From contig CM119373.1 of the NCBI GenBank assembly GCA_051294905.1, positions 17,794,001-17,858,000 of the forward strand: a DNA stretch of 64,000 bases, in the 5' to 3' direction. Below the pieces are notes generated by a model that worked only from the letters and a program-made list of their open reading frames with translations, was not told where the DNA came from and did not search any database. Shown in pieces: positions 13,901 to 27,268 of this stretch (positions are counted from its first letter, which is position 1; every line of letters begins with the position of its first letter). This DNA is from Botryllus schlosseri. Its lineage: Eukaryota. A program made the position numbers and the translations under genes.

Positions 13901-16900
13901 TAAGGAATCGTTAACATCTTCACGTAGTATCGCGGATTCAAATTCTTCCGACCTTTAGAGTGTCCGGAAACATGATATTTTTGGTCAATGGCCATGCAAA
14001 ATATGATGGTTTCAGAAATATTTTGGGCTCCTCTCATCAGATTTGCCTCTATTCCCCGTAACGAAAAATCATGATCATTTAGTACATGGAGTTCCCAAAC
14101 TAGGGGTCGTTCGCCTATTCTCTGAGGTCGCGGAGATGCAAATTAACTACCAATGACAATGACTATTTCATAAAAAATAACTTGGGTCGATTGGGTGTAG
14201 ATAGAAATCGATCGTTGTTATTGTATTGATTGACTTTCTTAGACTGAGGACGGATGATGACGGGTTCATAATTGTTACTACTGCTCACATATATAGTCGA
14301 CAGCTTCACGCAAAGGCAGTGAGTAGGTTTGGGCGAAGGGGCTAACCATATTTTTAGTAACATGCACGTCAAATGGAGAGGTGGGGTCGAGAAACATTAC
14401 CGAATCGAAATTTGGGGTCGCGACCATAAAAAGTTTGGGAACCCGTTGTTTAGTATCTAGGTGCTGACGATTACCCCTGACAAGCTTCAGCCGAAAATAT
14501 TCGGGTTCATTTCAAAATGAATAGAATATGCAACTGTATATTGAATTTCTTTACCTCCAAGAAGCTTTTCTTGCCCAGAGTTGGTCTGTACGCGGTAGCT
14601 TACTCCTACATTTTCGGAGTACTCAAGCGGTTATGTTTATACACTACTTCCACTGCTACTTCACAGCTTTGTAGGCTGTAGTATTGATGCTGGGAAATGC
14701 TACCATATAGTCACAACATATCAAACACATGACAATTGTCCACGACACATACGGGCAATGGTACCTACGTCTAGCACAATGTATTGTCTTTCTCGTCTTT
14801 TTATGTCGGCAATCTGAAAAGGAACGGCAGTGCTGAATGGATATCCCTTGGGTAAATCGTAAGCTGCGGGCCTTACCTGGAATCTTAACTAGCATATACG
14901 CGGCAGTGTCTTCGCCAACGTCGAAATCCCCAGGCATTGATATGATCGTCACGAGGATCTTATGTCCAGGTTCCAACGCGACGCACTCGTCGTTTTCGCA
15001 AATGTAACGATAAATGAAATGCACCTAAAGTAAAAAATCACGATTCCCGAAAACCTGAGATGGTAAAAGGGGTTTCGAGAATTCCGATACTTCACAAGAT
15101 TCAATTTCAAAAAGCGTCCAACGAAAGTGGGCCATGCTACAAGTTGGCAGCTCAGGAAATATAATCAGGAATGTCGCCCTAGTGTAAATGACCATAATAG
15201 TCGAAACACCGTAAATACCAAGAATAACAAAGACGAAATCTACAAATTAAGAACTACATTAATCGTTGTTAAGACATGGAGGCAAATTGAAAAATATACC
15301 AGTCAAAAATTTTCATGTACATTGTACAAGGTTATGTATATGAATATGTTAGTGATTTTAATATTTTTCTGTTCTCTCAGTCCACTTCAGATTTGTTCAG
15401 ACGCTAAATCAATGTCAGATTTTGCGTGTTGTGCGCTCGTAAATTGTCCCACTACACATTAGCATGCTTAGAAAATTGTGCTAAGAATCACCACGAACGT
15501 AAGTATGCTACAATATGTATCCTTGGACGTCACTCGAATGCCGAACGTCTATCTTTCGTATTACCGGCCTATCATATCTCGAACACTTACCCTTCTGCTG
15601 CCGTCTTCTTCTGTGGTGGTGTTATGAACCAAGACGTCATTGAAACAGACGTCGTAACCGAATAGCTGTCTCGTGGAGTGGAAATTTATCGTGTATCCAG
15701 TGATATCGGTCATTTGACTTGCTGCGGGAGAAACCATATAAAGATTATAGCGTGACTTAGCGCATATCTTTTTCCGACATGCACTGTGCAATGTACATTG
15801 GGGATGTGGAAAAATGACTTTTTTTCTCAAATTGTACTGGCTACTCGATAAAATTGGTAGGTTACTTAATTAAAGGCTGCACACCAACAAGTAGCCGAAT
15901 TCCTACAGCAGAAAGTTTTCTTATTTATTATATGAAAATAAATGAAACAATTTTCTAAATTTTCTCTTCACCCCATGAAACTGTCTATAGAAATGATGTC
16001 CACCAAATTTGGCTCAACTCATACCAGAGGAAGCGGAGTTATTACCGTCGAAAATTTTGGATTTGAACAAAATAGTATTTACGGTGGGCACATCTATAAT
16101 AAATACCATCGGATGAACAGAATATTTTTATTTTTTATTTATTTAATTTTATATAATAAATATAAACTTCATTCTATTGTAGCAATGCGGCTACTGGTTG
16201 GAATTGAACCGAATTTGGTGTGCAGCCTTTAATTAGGTAACTTGACAATTTTATCAAGTAGCCAGTACAGTTTGAAAAAAAGTCATTTTTGAACACCCCT
16301 TGTGCATGTCAGGCGATCCAATGTGTCATGTGTGCAATATCTATCCACCCGCATCTTATAGATATTGACCATTCCAATCACGCAAATAGTACAAATACAA
16401 CAACGATGTAGTCTTTCGACTGACGACTGTAAGACCATAAGAGAGACTATGACAAGATAGTTCTGTTCAGGGGTGGTCAAAGTACTCAGCGTTGTTAGTC
16501 AAGTAGACCTAGAAGTAACGACGTAACTACTTCGAAGTATAGAATGGTAGGTCTGAAAATTACACAATTGTTACTTTAAAGAAGTTGATTTGATCGAGGG
16601 TTCACATGCATTTAACACCTAATAGGAACTGGCTACATTCAAAGTTAACCAAATGCGTCTCCATGATTAACGGTTAATTACGGGCGACTCCCAAATGGGC
16701 TTACGGTAATACAGGGGCTATTTCACACGCTCATTACGATAATTACACTCATTGAAGTGATCCAACTCCTCTTAAAGCTATACCTTATAGTATTCAGGTC
16801 GTGAGAACAAACCCCGGCCGGATCAGACCAAATCCGAAAGTAAACTGCTATCCGCGGCTTCCCCGCTTGGCGCTCAGCATTACCAAGATAGCGTGGACGT

Positions 16901-19711
16901 GTGGTACAAGCCTTAGAAAACCTTGCAAGGCTATATCTGCACCATCATTGTCCAGCGGCATATGCACATCATGCACTCATGGTATGCATATACACAGATC
17001 GTGTGTATGTATATCATGAGTCGGTGTATGCCGCAAAACCATCAAGGACAAAAATATACAACCTCCTATTCCTCTTCCAATTTCAAAAACAAAGTGTAAA
17101 AAGTAAATAGTATTGCCAAAAAAACTGATAGGCATCAGTGGATAGATCAGGAGTTGTTGAACGTTTTTGATTAAGGAGCATTTCAAGTTTTGTGGGCGGT
17201 CGCGTGGACCCCCAAAGTATCAGAGCCCGAAAGACTGAAAAATCATTGCATGGAGATCAAATTTATTCAGGCTATTCCATGCTTAAAATAAGGTAACTAA
17301 TGACTAGACAAAGTGATCACGGACCCACTCACGATGTCATCCTAAAAGGACAATTGGCTTTTGTAGTTTCTTGATGACGTATTGTTGTTTCATGTTCCAC
17401 CTAAAACCACTTTGTGGGCCCAGAACCCGTGGATAAGTCAAAGTACTTCGTTACTGACCATCTCTGTCAGCATACCGTTACGCGGAATATCAGCCGACTA
17501 TACGACCGTATTCAGGATTCATGTATAATAGGTAATGAAGGCGTTTTCTTCACCTTTGTTCGACCAACGCAGTTCAATCCCAATCAATTTTGGACGTCTC
17601 CCTGTTTTCCGTGAAGATCCCGACACCCTTCGAGTGTTTGAGCTTTTGTAGACGTAGAACGACGCCTGGGCTTCTTCCGGTCTTGGGGCTCGGCTGGTAG
17701 CTGTTGGATAAAATGACGGCGTGCACCCTGGAATGAAAATAAACGAAGGGTGATGTATTTTCAGTGATATATGTTATCAAACAGAACAGATACGATCTGA
17801 TCGAGGTGTCAAATTGTGCTAGGGTTACTCGTAATGGATCGAATTTCTGATATGAAACCTCTTCATCTAATGGGTCTAAATACGAGTAATCGCTACTTTC
17901 GCCGTAATACGAACAATATGTTTCGCAATTGATCATATCATGCTCGGTTTATCGTACGTTTAGCTTTGAACAGTAAATCCATATAGCTGAAGGACAGATC
18001 AAATCAATATGTGATGTGCTGTTTGTTTTCGGAGGTTGATTTTTAGGATTTTTCCAAAAATCGGCCATCGTGGCTGCACATCTTTTTAATAAGGTAAGTT
18101 ACTTCAACTTATAATATAACGCATGTATAGGTTATTACAGAACTAAAGTTTATGCACCGCGCAATACGTATGGCATTGTGTTGATACGAACTGAAACTAA
18201 TTCGTACTTCAGTCTTTGTTTGTTGGAATCGCGCAGGCGATCACATTTCCTGGCAAGTGAGACTATTTCCTGGTAATAACGTTACTAAAATATAATAGCG
18301 TGGTGATTGCATAGCGGGTCTCGCAGACAAGCCGTATCAGCTCGATCTTAGCTCGCGGTCCAATGAATCCAGTCCAGGGATAGTGAAATCAGTGTCGGTA
18401 CCAGCCCGGGTGAATGAGCAGGGCTGCGACGGGAGCGATTGTCCAGCGCAAACACTGAGACGCATCAATGGACAGAAAGTGGGCGCTGATCCACCATGGA
18501 AAGTCACCACACATGAGAAACTGAATGAGTGTCTCTCACAATTGCTAGAACATGTTTGACAGTATCAAATATGGAAAAGTTATATCCATTGCGACAGGAT
18601 ACGCAATCGTTTGACGAGAAAACGTGTGAGTTTTCCCCGTGGCATATCTTTGCAAGTCTGTGCGGGCGCCAGGGCATACACCTGACAGATATCGCTAAAA
18701 CATATGTAGCGCTGGTCCTAATCTGGAATCAGATTGTAGCATTATCTACATACCCTCAACAGCCCTAGGCTGTTATTGTTGTAATTGTGTACGTTTGTTG
18801 GTTTTATTGCGCGCGTTTTAATGAGATGTAAACATTAAAATTCCGCAAGGACTTCTTTACTCACAATGGATGTCGTAAATTAAGCGACAAGTACGGATTA
18901 TGTTCACGATGCCATCTGAAATTGATAAAATCCATGTATGCGCTCTGCGCGATACTCCGTCAATGTCACATGTGACTTATTTTGAACCTGGTATAACGTA
19001 TGTTCGTTGTCCAATTCAAGCTAGACATTGATGTAGCAGCAATCGAGAACGGATTTGTGACGGAATTATTTGCTGTGTTAAACGCCCAGCGACAATTATT
19101 CGTTTTTAAAATTTTTGCCTTCCGTCGCTAGAATACCGAACCGTATTTTTGGTTTTGGCGCAAAACAGTCGGTAAACCACTATATTAGACTCTGAACTCG
19201 TACAGCGCGTGAGTCGTTAGAGTCCTCGTACCTATAACGCCTAGTTTCTAGAGGTCCTGTCAGACTGCAATCACAACTATTAGGTACGGGTAGGACCGAA
19301 CCCTGCCATCGTCACAAAGCGTTATGGAGAATAAACATTGCACAGAAACATAACATTATTTTGACGACATGTTACTGACATTATTCTCCTTCTGACCCAA
19401 AGGCAGATAAGTGCTTGGATTGTCGAAGTTATCATCACTGGCATCGCGGCATAATATAGGCGATAATCGAATATAGTCGACTCGACTCGTGCCCGATGTA
19501 ATAGAAAGTACTTCGGATACTCACATCTTTCGCCAAAGCACGACTTATCGATTCCTTCATTCGAATTCCCATCCTCTTTCGAACTGCCCGGGGCAAGCCC
19601 GAGTCTTTCCAGGGTCACACTGTCATGGCAACGTATCGCACCTTCGACGGATACTCGCGACCAGCTCTGTGCAATCGCACACACGAACACCGTTGACCAT
19701 ATCGAAGACAT
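10345..19711 (-). CDS. IL-17 receptor-like gene R2, complete, 8 exons, 482 aa (single FnIII-like domain, TM, SEFIR)
   Basis: Exons 19525-19711, 17554-17727, 15591-15721, 14877-15024, 14769-14813, 13648-13719, 11964-12059 and 10345-10940 are all GT-AG, with phases 1,1,0,1,1,1,1 and a total of 1449 nt in frame. Motifs: SCFGERWCTPS, IELRWSNKASQMTDITGYTI, VHFIYRYIC, KIPDCRHKKTRKTIHC (cf. IL17RA PDCEHARMKVTTPC), TM GIGLTTFSITLGGIAFSIAFIGWITW, then SEFIR. Confidence 0.88.
11964..12059 (-). CDS. R2 transmembrane exon
   Basis: ctcttttag ... G|GTGAGT; 96 nt, phase 1-1; IGLTTFSITLGGIAFSIAFIGWITWGLNANI. Confidence 0.85.
14084..14446. mobile_element. Degenerate hAT MITE
   Basis: Ends resemble GAGTTCCCAAAC / GTTTGGGAACCC with ggggtcgcga subterminal motifs; no clean TSD. 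Confidence 0.5.
15799..16300. mobile_element. Palindromic hAT MITE (TAGGG family), degenerate ends
   Basis: Arms match those of 50738-51404 (aaaatgactttttttctcaaattgtactggctac...); left flank atgtacat. Confidence 0.7.
16796..16885 (+). mobile_element. tRNA-derived SINE fragment
   Basis: Degenerate B-box region ggtcgtgagaacaaaccccggccgg, followed by tgctatccgcggcttccccgcttggcgctcagcatta, which resembles the conserved central domain of marine invertebrate SINEs (recalled, not searched). Confidence 0.4.
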
Positions 19712-19748
19712 TTCGGATGATTTTGTATCCCTCATCGCGAATTTCGCC

Positions 19749-19758
19749 CTTTTATATA
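19749..19758 (-). promoter_or_regulatory. Putative TATA box of R2
   Basis: TATATAAAAG on the minus strand about 45 nt upstream of the ATG at 19711. A start about 30 nt downstream of it would skip the in-frame ATG at 19735, favouring 19711 as initiator. Confidence 0.4.
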
Positions 19759-22700
19759 TGAACTCATCTCCTCGAGATCTGAGCAGTATCCTTTCATCAT
19801 TTTCCTATTTTTTTACTTGTTATTAGCGTGCGTTTAAGCACTCCCTCATTTACATATAATTTGCTCATGATTAGATACATTAGGTGTTCGTCGTTTTGTC
19901 CCGTTTATGCCCCGTACACGTCTTTTTTCCACATTTTCTCTCATTTTGAGTACCTCGTGCATTGCATGTACTGCACAGATCATAGTTCCACATATAGGAT
20001 CTTCTTTAGCACTATCCTATGCTCTCTCGTATAGCCTAACGCGAACCCCGTGTGGGGCGATCACGATCAGTAATTGCTTATGCTTGCAGATGAGTTATTA
20101 TGTAGGTGTTCCAATGATCACATACGGCCATATATCTCAAGCGGGCTAATTCCTGCACAATTGCAATCGTGATTGATACTAATATAACCTATTACCGAAG
20201 CTTGCAATGTTGTCGGCAAGAATCGCATTATTACGATGTCTTTCTTACATTGCTATTACATTGTCCACTCGCTTACTACATCCGAACGGCTGCATGTCGC
20301 GATGCGTGTTTATCGCTTTGAAACCAGCAAATCTTGTGTTATTTCGTATCTTCATCGCACATCATGATCGGATTATTGCATTTTCCATGATTATGAGGTT
20401 AATCTGTACGTAAATGCAAATTTCTACGTAGACAATCGATAATCCTCTCAATAAGTATTCACTTGACCGTTTGTGTATGCGCGCTACGGTTAAAAATGGC
20501 ACTCGACATCCTTTTTCAATCCATGATTCCATACTTGGTGCATCATATTCATAAATATCGGGATATTCGAGTTGTGTGGTCGTCTGACGCGTACTTTTAC
20601 GTAGTGGCGAGCCCGTATTTGAGCGAGGCAAAAATTGCATAGAATTGATGATTCCATGTTCCAAGTGTGTGTGGAGCAATGAGAAGTAATTGTCGAGGCT
20701 CTCGGCGGTACATAGCCGCACTATGCAATTGAATAGTATGTGCGAATTCCAATAAATCCGAATTTTTTTTTCTAATCCTTTCTTTCGCGAATGGACGTGT
20801 CGTCATATTACCTTTCGAAATCAGTTTAAAAAGGAATAGTTATCACATCGGAAAAAAGGGGCATAAAGTTCACATTAGTGGTTTGTTAATACGCATTCCT
20901 TCTTCCCTTGTACAGTTTAGGCGCACTTCCACGATTTACCTGCATTTACAATTGTACAATGTACATAGTTCAAAGAGGACGCAAGGAATAATAGTTTTCG
21001 ACTGTTGAAAATGTTAATGAAATCTGTTGCATGGCATCTATAAAGCAGGGGCGGGCAACATCTCCAGTCGCCCAGGCCTGATATGTGAAAATGAAGTACT
21101 TGGTGGGCCGAACTCTCGAATCGGTACAACAATCGCGTATTTATTCACCTATATAAGGAATAAATCATATAAATGTAAACTTTCAATTTAAAGCATACAG
21201 ACCGGAAACAGTATTTAAAGAAGTTACTAACGTAATGTACTTCAATAACTGTTGAAGTCAATGAGACATCTGTGGTCGATCAAAGTTGCCAACAAGTTCT
21301 TTGCACTCTGGCCGCATATCGGACGTAGCAACCGTTAGTGAAGACTGCTCGTGAACATCAGTTAGATTGATAGGTAAGTAGGAAGATATGAGAGGATGTT
21401 CATTCATACTGCCTTTTCAGCCTAATTATACATGATGTTTATGTGCAAATAATTTTGACGCGAATTTTGCCAGGAAACTGACTGATACAATCAGGCCCGG
21501 CCGATGGCGCTTGAAATTGAAGACGTAAATATGGCGTCGTACAAAACAAGGTCACATTATCCTATCATTTACAGCTGCATATGTGAAAACGTAGAACGTG
21601 TTTATGCTACGCTGTTCAGGCATTAGTTGCGATCGTGGAATCATTCCAACTTGCGAAATACTGTGTGATGCGTCGACATCATGTATACGATATATTACGT
21701 TACTGTTAAGGGTCCACTTGATTGACCCTGTACGGTTCTTTTTAGTGGTTTATTACTAGAAAAAATCACGTGATACGATGTTTAGCTGATGCATCCGTCA
21801 AATCGCTGACTTTCGATGTAGCGTATACCTATAGCGTCATGACATGCAAGAATTATGCAGAGCCGAATTAGAAATACCCGCGTTAAGTTTATCCAGTGTC
21901 GCACAGCACATCAAACGCGCACGTCATAGTATTGCCACTAACATTACTTGAGTAGAAACACTCATACGTGATCTTATCGCTTAATGTTGCATAATGAAAA
22001 AAATCTAGAATGTGTTTATGTTCAGCCCTTCAGGCATTGCGTTAAAACTGGAATCCTTAACGTTTTGTCACTACCTCTGATGAGTCGTGACACACGCCAG
22101 GTTATCGCTGTATGGTTCATCGATGGTGACGAAACAATCCACGTATACCCTACGTACGTAGGCTTCCCTTTGTGTTTACTTCTTCGATGACTTCATGTCT
22201 CTAATATAAACATTTTATTGCAGTTCTGTTGTAGGTATAGCCTAATGGATGTTCATTTACATTAGTAACCTACTCTTCACTAATTCGTTTCGACACTTTC
22301 CTATCATCTTGTTGTATCGCAATATTATTATAGGTTTATATCGTGAAAATGTTGGATGTTTGATTGATGAAATGCTTTCCCGTAGAATGGTTCGCACCTG
22401 ATCTGTCCTCAGCTATACTGAGTCGACGGGACTGCCATGCGCTCTTGGCATCAGCTTATGTTTGCTACACTGTCGGCTTTTATCTCTTTATCGCTGCATC
22501 GTCATAGCTAGAGTAGCATCAAACCTGAACAAGCAAAAAGCACAGAAAATGCCGTTTACTGTTAAACCTTTGTTTGTGGAAATGATATGATTGTGAATTG
22601 GAGATCAACCCACAGCATTGTCGCATAGGAGTCAAATGATATTGGTATGATGGAAAAATTCCGATGCGATGTAGAGCTGACATTATATTCGTTATGGTCG

Positions 22701-22794
22701 CATAAAAGGCACATATTTTAACTTCCTAAATACTCGATTCAGAGTTGAATCACTCCATTCCTTGTAATGACAGCATTGAGACGTCGGTACCCAT

Positions 22795-24415
22795 TAGGGT
22801 TGTCCATAATTTGGAAAATCTCTAAAAAGATGCGTATCCATGTCTCATTCTGTAGATTATTGATAAAAAAACGTCAATGAACCGGCAATAAGCTCATGGG
22901 AAAGTCGTTAACATTTGTCTAAATGCGTTTGAAAGTAGCTGCCGTAGAGTGGGCGTGTCAGCGACCATAGAACGGCGAGAAGACTAGTAATCACGAAATC
23001 ACGATCCTTGATTGGTTATTCAGCTATGCTTGAATGATCACGACCGCAGCGGCTTGCTGATTATGTGCTTCTATTAATCCAAGGAGATCGCTAACGGCAA
23101 TGATTCTGTAAGCGCTTTGTACATTGGTGATTTAATAATAAAATGAGAAATCTGGTCACAGAGTGTTTTAGTGTCAAAACTAGGTAACGATAGGTTTAGA
23201 GCAACAATAGCCTCTTACATGCATTGATGCATGACAGAGGTGAAACAGCGAATGATTGTGAACTTATAGAACTAAGTATAGATCCAAGAAATACCTATAT
23301 GATACGCTTGAGATTACGCCAAGTGGTCCTGCTTTTCTGGGTGCAGGTAAGGCATATTAGACATCACCAAACTGGAGCAGCATAACATGTGAGATGGATG
23401 CTGGACACAATCCTGCATGCTCAGAAGATATGTTGGCCGACCAGGTAGCTTACATTGGATTTCTGAAGAAGAGTGTAACTACCACACCGCTTCAATCCAT
23501 CCTTTTTATGTCCATGTCTGGTTTGATTCAAGCATTAGTCGTTATGCAGCCGGTAATGATCTAATGTTCATTGAGGACAAGCTAAGCAATGAAAGCAAAC
23601 TGTCTTTTTGCTGGTCCTACCAGCATAGTCTGTGCTTATCTTTAGAGCTCTTTGCCCGGCATCATTGAGGACTTTGACAGCACTTGCGGGTATGATTCAT
23701 TATGCTGCAAGAATCTGACAAGTGCCAAACATAAATGACTGATTCATCCAGCCCTTAACAGCACTAAAGACTTCAATTATGTACCACGACAACAGCCTAA
23801 TAAGATCAGACAAAGTAGTGTCAATATCAAGCTTTATATTTGTATTCAATGATGGTACATCCCCTCTGAAACTAGAAATTCGTATGCCACTTGCATAAGC
23901 GCCTTTGCACTATTTTTCCGCGTGTTTTTGTGCTTTCCATCAATTAAATCAAGGCATACAGGCTACAACGGTTACCTTCACAATAAGCCATCAAGTCATC
24001 TATTTAAAGATATTGTGAAGCAGCTGTTCTTAGTTCATCATGTATTTCGTAACTCAACATGTTCTGAATTACTCCTAAATCATTAGTTGCGGACTAACCT
24101 ACAATACACTTACTGAATCACCGCCGTCAGCCGACTCCTTGACCAGCTGATCAACAAGCCGCCAACGTCGTGATCATTGAAGCATAGCAGATTAGTCAAT
24201 GCAACGCCGTGATTTCGTGATTACTAGTCTGCTTGCCGTTCCATGGTCGCTGACACGCCCACTCTACGGCAGCTACTTTCAAACGCATTTAGACAAATGT
24301 CAACGACTTTCCTGTGAGCTTATTGCAGTTTCATTGACGTTTTTTAACTATAATCTATAGAATGAGACATGGATACGCATACATTTTGAGATTTTCCAAA
24401 TTATGGACAACCCTA
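22795..24415 (-). mobile_element. hAT (hATm-like) element, 1.6 kb, long TIRs, transposase remnant
   Basis: TAGGGTTGTCC...GGACAACCCTA; perfect TSD gtacccat; TIRs about 270 bp; internal minus-strand AVKVLNDAGQRALKISTDY (about 23600-23690) resembles the VNDxAERG C-terminal motif. Confidence 0.8.
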
Positions 24416-26693
24416 GTACCCATGTACATTGTACATATTGTACAACGGTCATTGACGTGCCTCCAAGCGGATATGAAGCCACATATATACGCATACACTA
24501 CAGAATCAATGAAAGTTGTAATCAAGTAATAATCGTGGATTGAAATCAAAAAGGTGGAGTTAGGAATCAACCCAGACATACTTTTGTTACTGTATAATAT
24601 CGTCCCCTAGCAGTCACGGTCACAATTTGCTACGAGAGAGTACTTGACAGCTATAGCGCCTTACGTCTTGCACTGTGTTTACGTATCGTGATCACGCACT
24701 CACTTACGTAAGGCGTCGATTAAAAACGTACTGTTTCCAACTACGCGTAGTGTTTACCCACGTACGTTCGCATCCCGATTCGGAAGGCCGACATGCGATA
24801 CCTTTCAACACGTTAATGCGACAATTGCACTGCAGAAACGTAATGCCGGCGCTTCTAAAATTAAATATAGGGGCTTGAGAAATACCGGTACCGGTACTTG
24901 TTTGCCTTTGGATGCAGGTATCTATGACTTGGTACCGAAGCGGCTTCAAGCATTACAATTTTGAAACATTTTCACCGCCTCATCTGAAGGTAATCTTAGC
25001 AAACTCTATCGATAAGCAATCGACGAATAATCTGTAAGGCTTTGTATTTCCGTGTACATCTCCACGGTTATTTTCAGGACTGGAATATCAATTTGTTTCC
25101 GGAGCAGTCCCGGCACTGTTCCTAAATGTCATTTCACAGCACATTGAAGTCTGACTTGCTCTTTTAGTATTTTGAGAATTCTACAGTCTTTTCGCAAACA
25201 ACTTTCATATGCAGCGGAGCTAATTTTGGCACTAGAGAGGATCGAGCAAAATCAGTATCGCAGCAAACAATAAGCTCATATTTCCAAATTTATTCCACTC
25301 GAAGCTTTTCGACTGACTCTCATCAGAAGCGAATGTCAGTAAATGCGGTTATCAAATTAGAAATATAGAAAAGTTTCTTCGTTGTGTCGTAATAATCACA
25401 AGTACACAGAGTCGCGAACGGCACATAGCAGCGCAGTGTACGGTATAACACACAAATTCGGCTGTAAAATAGCCGAATGACAACACAACTCAAATGAAGT
25501 ATTTATTCCCAGGGTAATACAGATGCTCTTCCTGGCGGCACAGGATCGGCTTTTGCAGCTTTATAATCGTAGATTCGAGGACCTTTAAATAAGGGTTATC
25601 ATACGTCTTCCTTTAGGAAGATTTGTCCTTATTTTAGAGGAAATTTGAAATGTCCTCCATTTTGGCAATTCGTCCTCCTTTATAGCTTTTCTAGCTAGGT
25701 TAATGTACAGCGTCAACTGAAAATCGGCAGGAATTTCGTGAAATAGGGTAATACGAACGTTCGAGCGGGTCATTCGGTGCATTTTCAGTTTAGGTACACT
25801 AACTTTTATCATTTGAAAAAGGGTCCCCCTTTCGCAATTCCAAAATATGGTAACGCTACTTTAAATGAAAAAGAGAACGACCACGAGCAACTATATGGAA
25901 ATCTGATTACTGTTATAATGTTTTGCACACTCGGGATGTTTCAAAAGGTGCTGTCCGATGGCAAAATTACATGCTGTTAATTGATCATAATAGAGACTGT
26001 GATGATGATCATCATCATCATCCCGTGATTTTATAATTTGACGTGGAACATGCTGACGACTTCTTTGTTGCAAACGCATTACTGAACTCGGCTAGGACCG
26101 TTGTGCACAGTGTGATGTACCAGAGGTGGCCAGTAACGAAGTACATATTCTTTTGCGCGGTACTCAAGTAGGTTTGCGTACTTGCACCACTTGCTCAGGT
26201 GGTTACATATTTAGAATACCAACTTTGTAGCGGAACAGTTTTTCGGCAGAATGCCTTACTTTTGCAGCTACGATTGGAAAAGTGAAAATCAGTTTTGAGA
26301 TAATTTTGCGAAACTCTTACAATTGAAATCACCATAAAAACCGTATTCCACCTATTTGTAGTGCTGTCATTAGCTGTTTTGTGATAGTCTGGTAATTTCG
26401 TACGTCAATCAGATCAACCTTTGAGGCCTACCGGAGTATTTTTCAAACCTTTTATTCTGTACTTCCGCTTGAGGTAGTTTTGTCATTTCATGGAGATCGC
26501 GACTCCTACTGAAGTAGAAACTGACTACTCTAACCATCTTTGTATACAAATACTGGTATAATTTCGCCTCGCTGATAGACGTGCCCGACATGGTGATACA
26601 TGCATCTCCCATAAGTAAACTCTCAGTACACGGCTCACTATGGGGCCTAACTGCTTATGGGGCGAAGAGGAACATAAGCCTCCTTCTTTACGT

Positions 26694-27268
26694 TCATAAG
26701 TTATTGTACTCAGTTTGCTGCGAATTATTTTGTAGCAACGTCTCTCTTTGATGAATTGCGTCAATGTGATCCGTCCCATACTGACAATTAGACAGCGTGT
26801 TAGTTGATTGTGTTTCTAGCGCGAGGAATTTATTCATCGTCACGTCCTTGCGAATATGTTTTCCTGTTACTTTACGCAGAAGTCTGAAGAAATCCCGATC
26901 AGCTTCGTATATCAGAAACTTTGTTTGATGCTTCCTTTGATTGTTTTTCAGCGTTAAAATCGCAATGTCAGTATCGCTGGCAATTGAATGACAGTTAGCG
27001 CATTGAAGGGCTTGTTTCATTTCGCTTGACACGTTAAACTCTTCCATATCTTCGGAATAATTCCATCTTTCAACTATAAAAATGACAATTGTCGATTGGT
27101 TCATTAACTCCTGGTACCAGCGACAGCCGCTTTTTCTGATCTCTTCCTGGTTTTCCCAATTGACGGTGATGTCCAAGTTGTATACGTCACGTAACTTTGT
27201 CACCAGTCTGTGGGCTTTTACGATATCGAAACTGCTCTCCGATGTTATCATCGCTATAGAGTTGTGTC
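26694..27268 (-). CDS. R3 terminal SEFIR-domain exon
   Basis: Acceptor ctcttttcag at 27269-27270; HNSIAMITSE...AHRLVTKLRDVYNLDITVNWENQEEIRKSGCRWYQELMNQSTIVIFIV. Confidence 0.88.

Noticed and set aside
17730-17936. Cys/Tyr-rich ORF (NCETYCSYYG...) upstream of R2 exon 2
   Set aside because: No in-phase acceptor and donor; exon 2 is read in a different frame and joins exon 1 cleanly.
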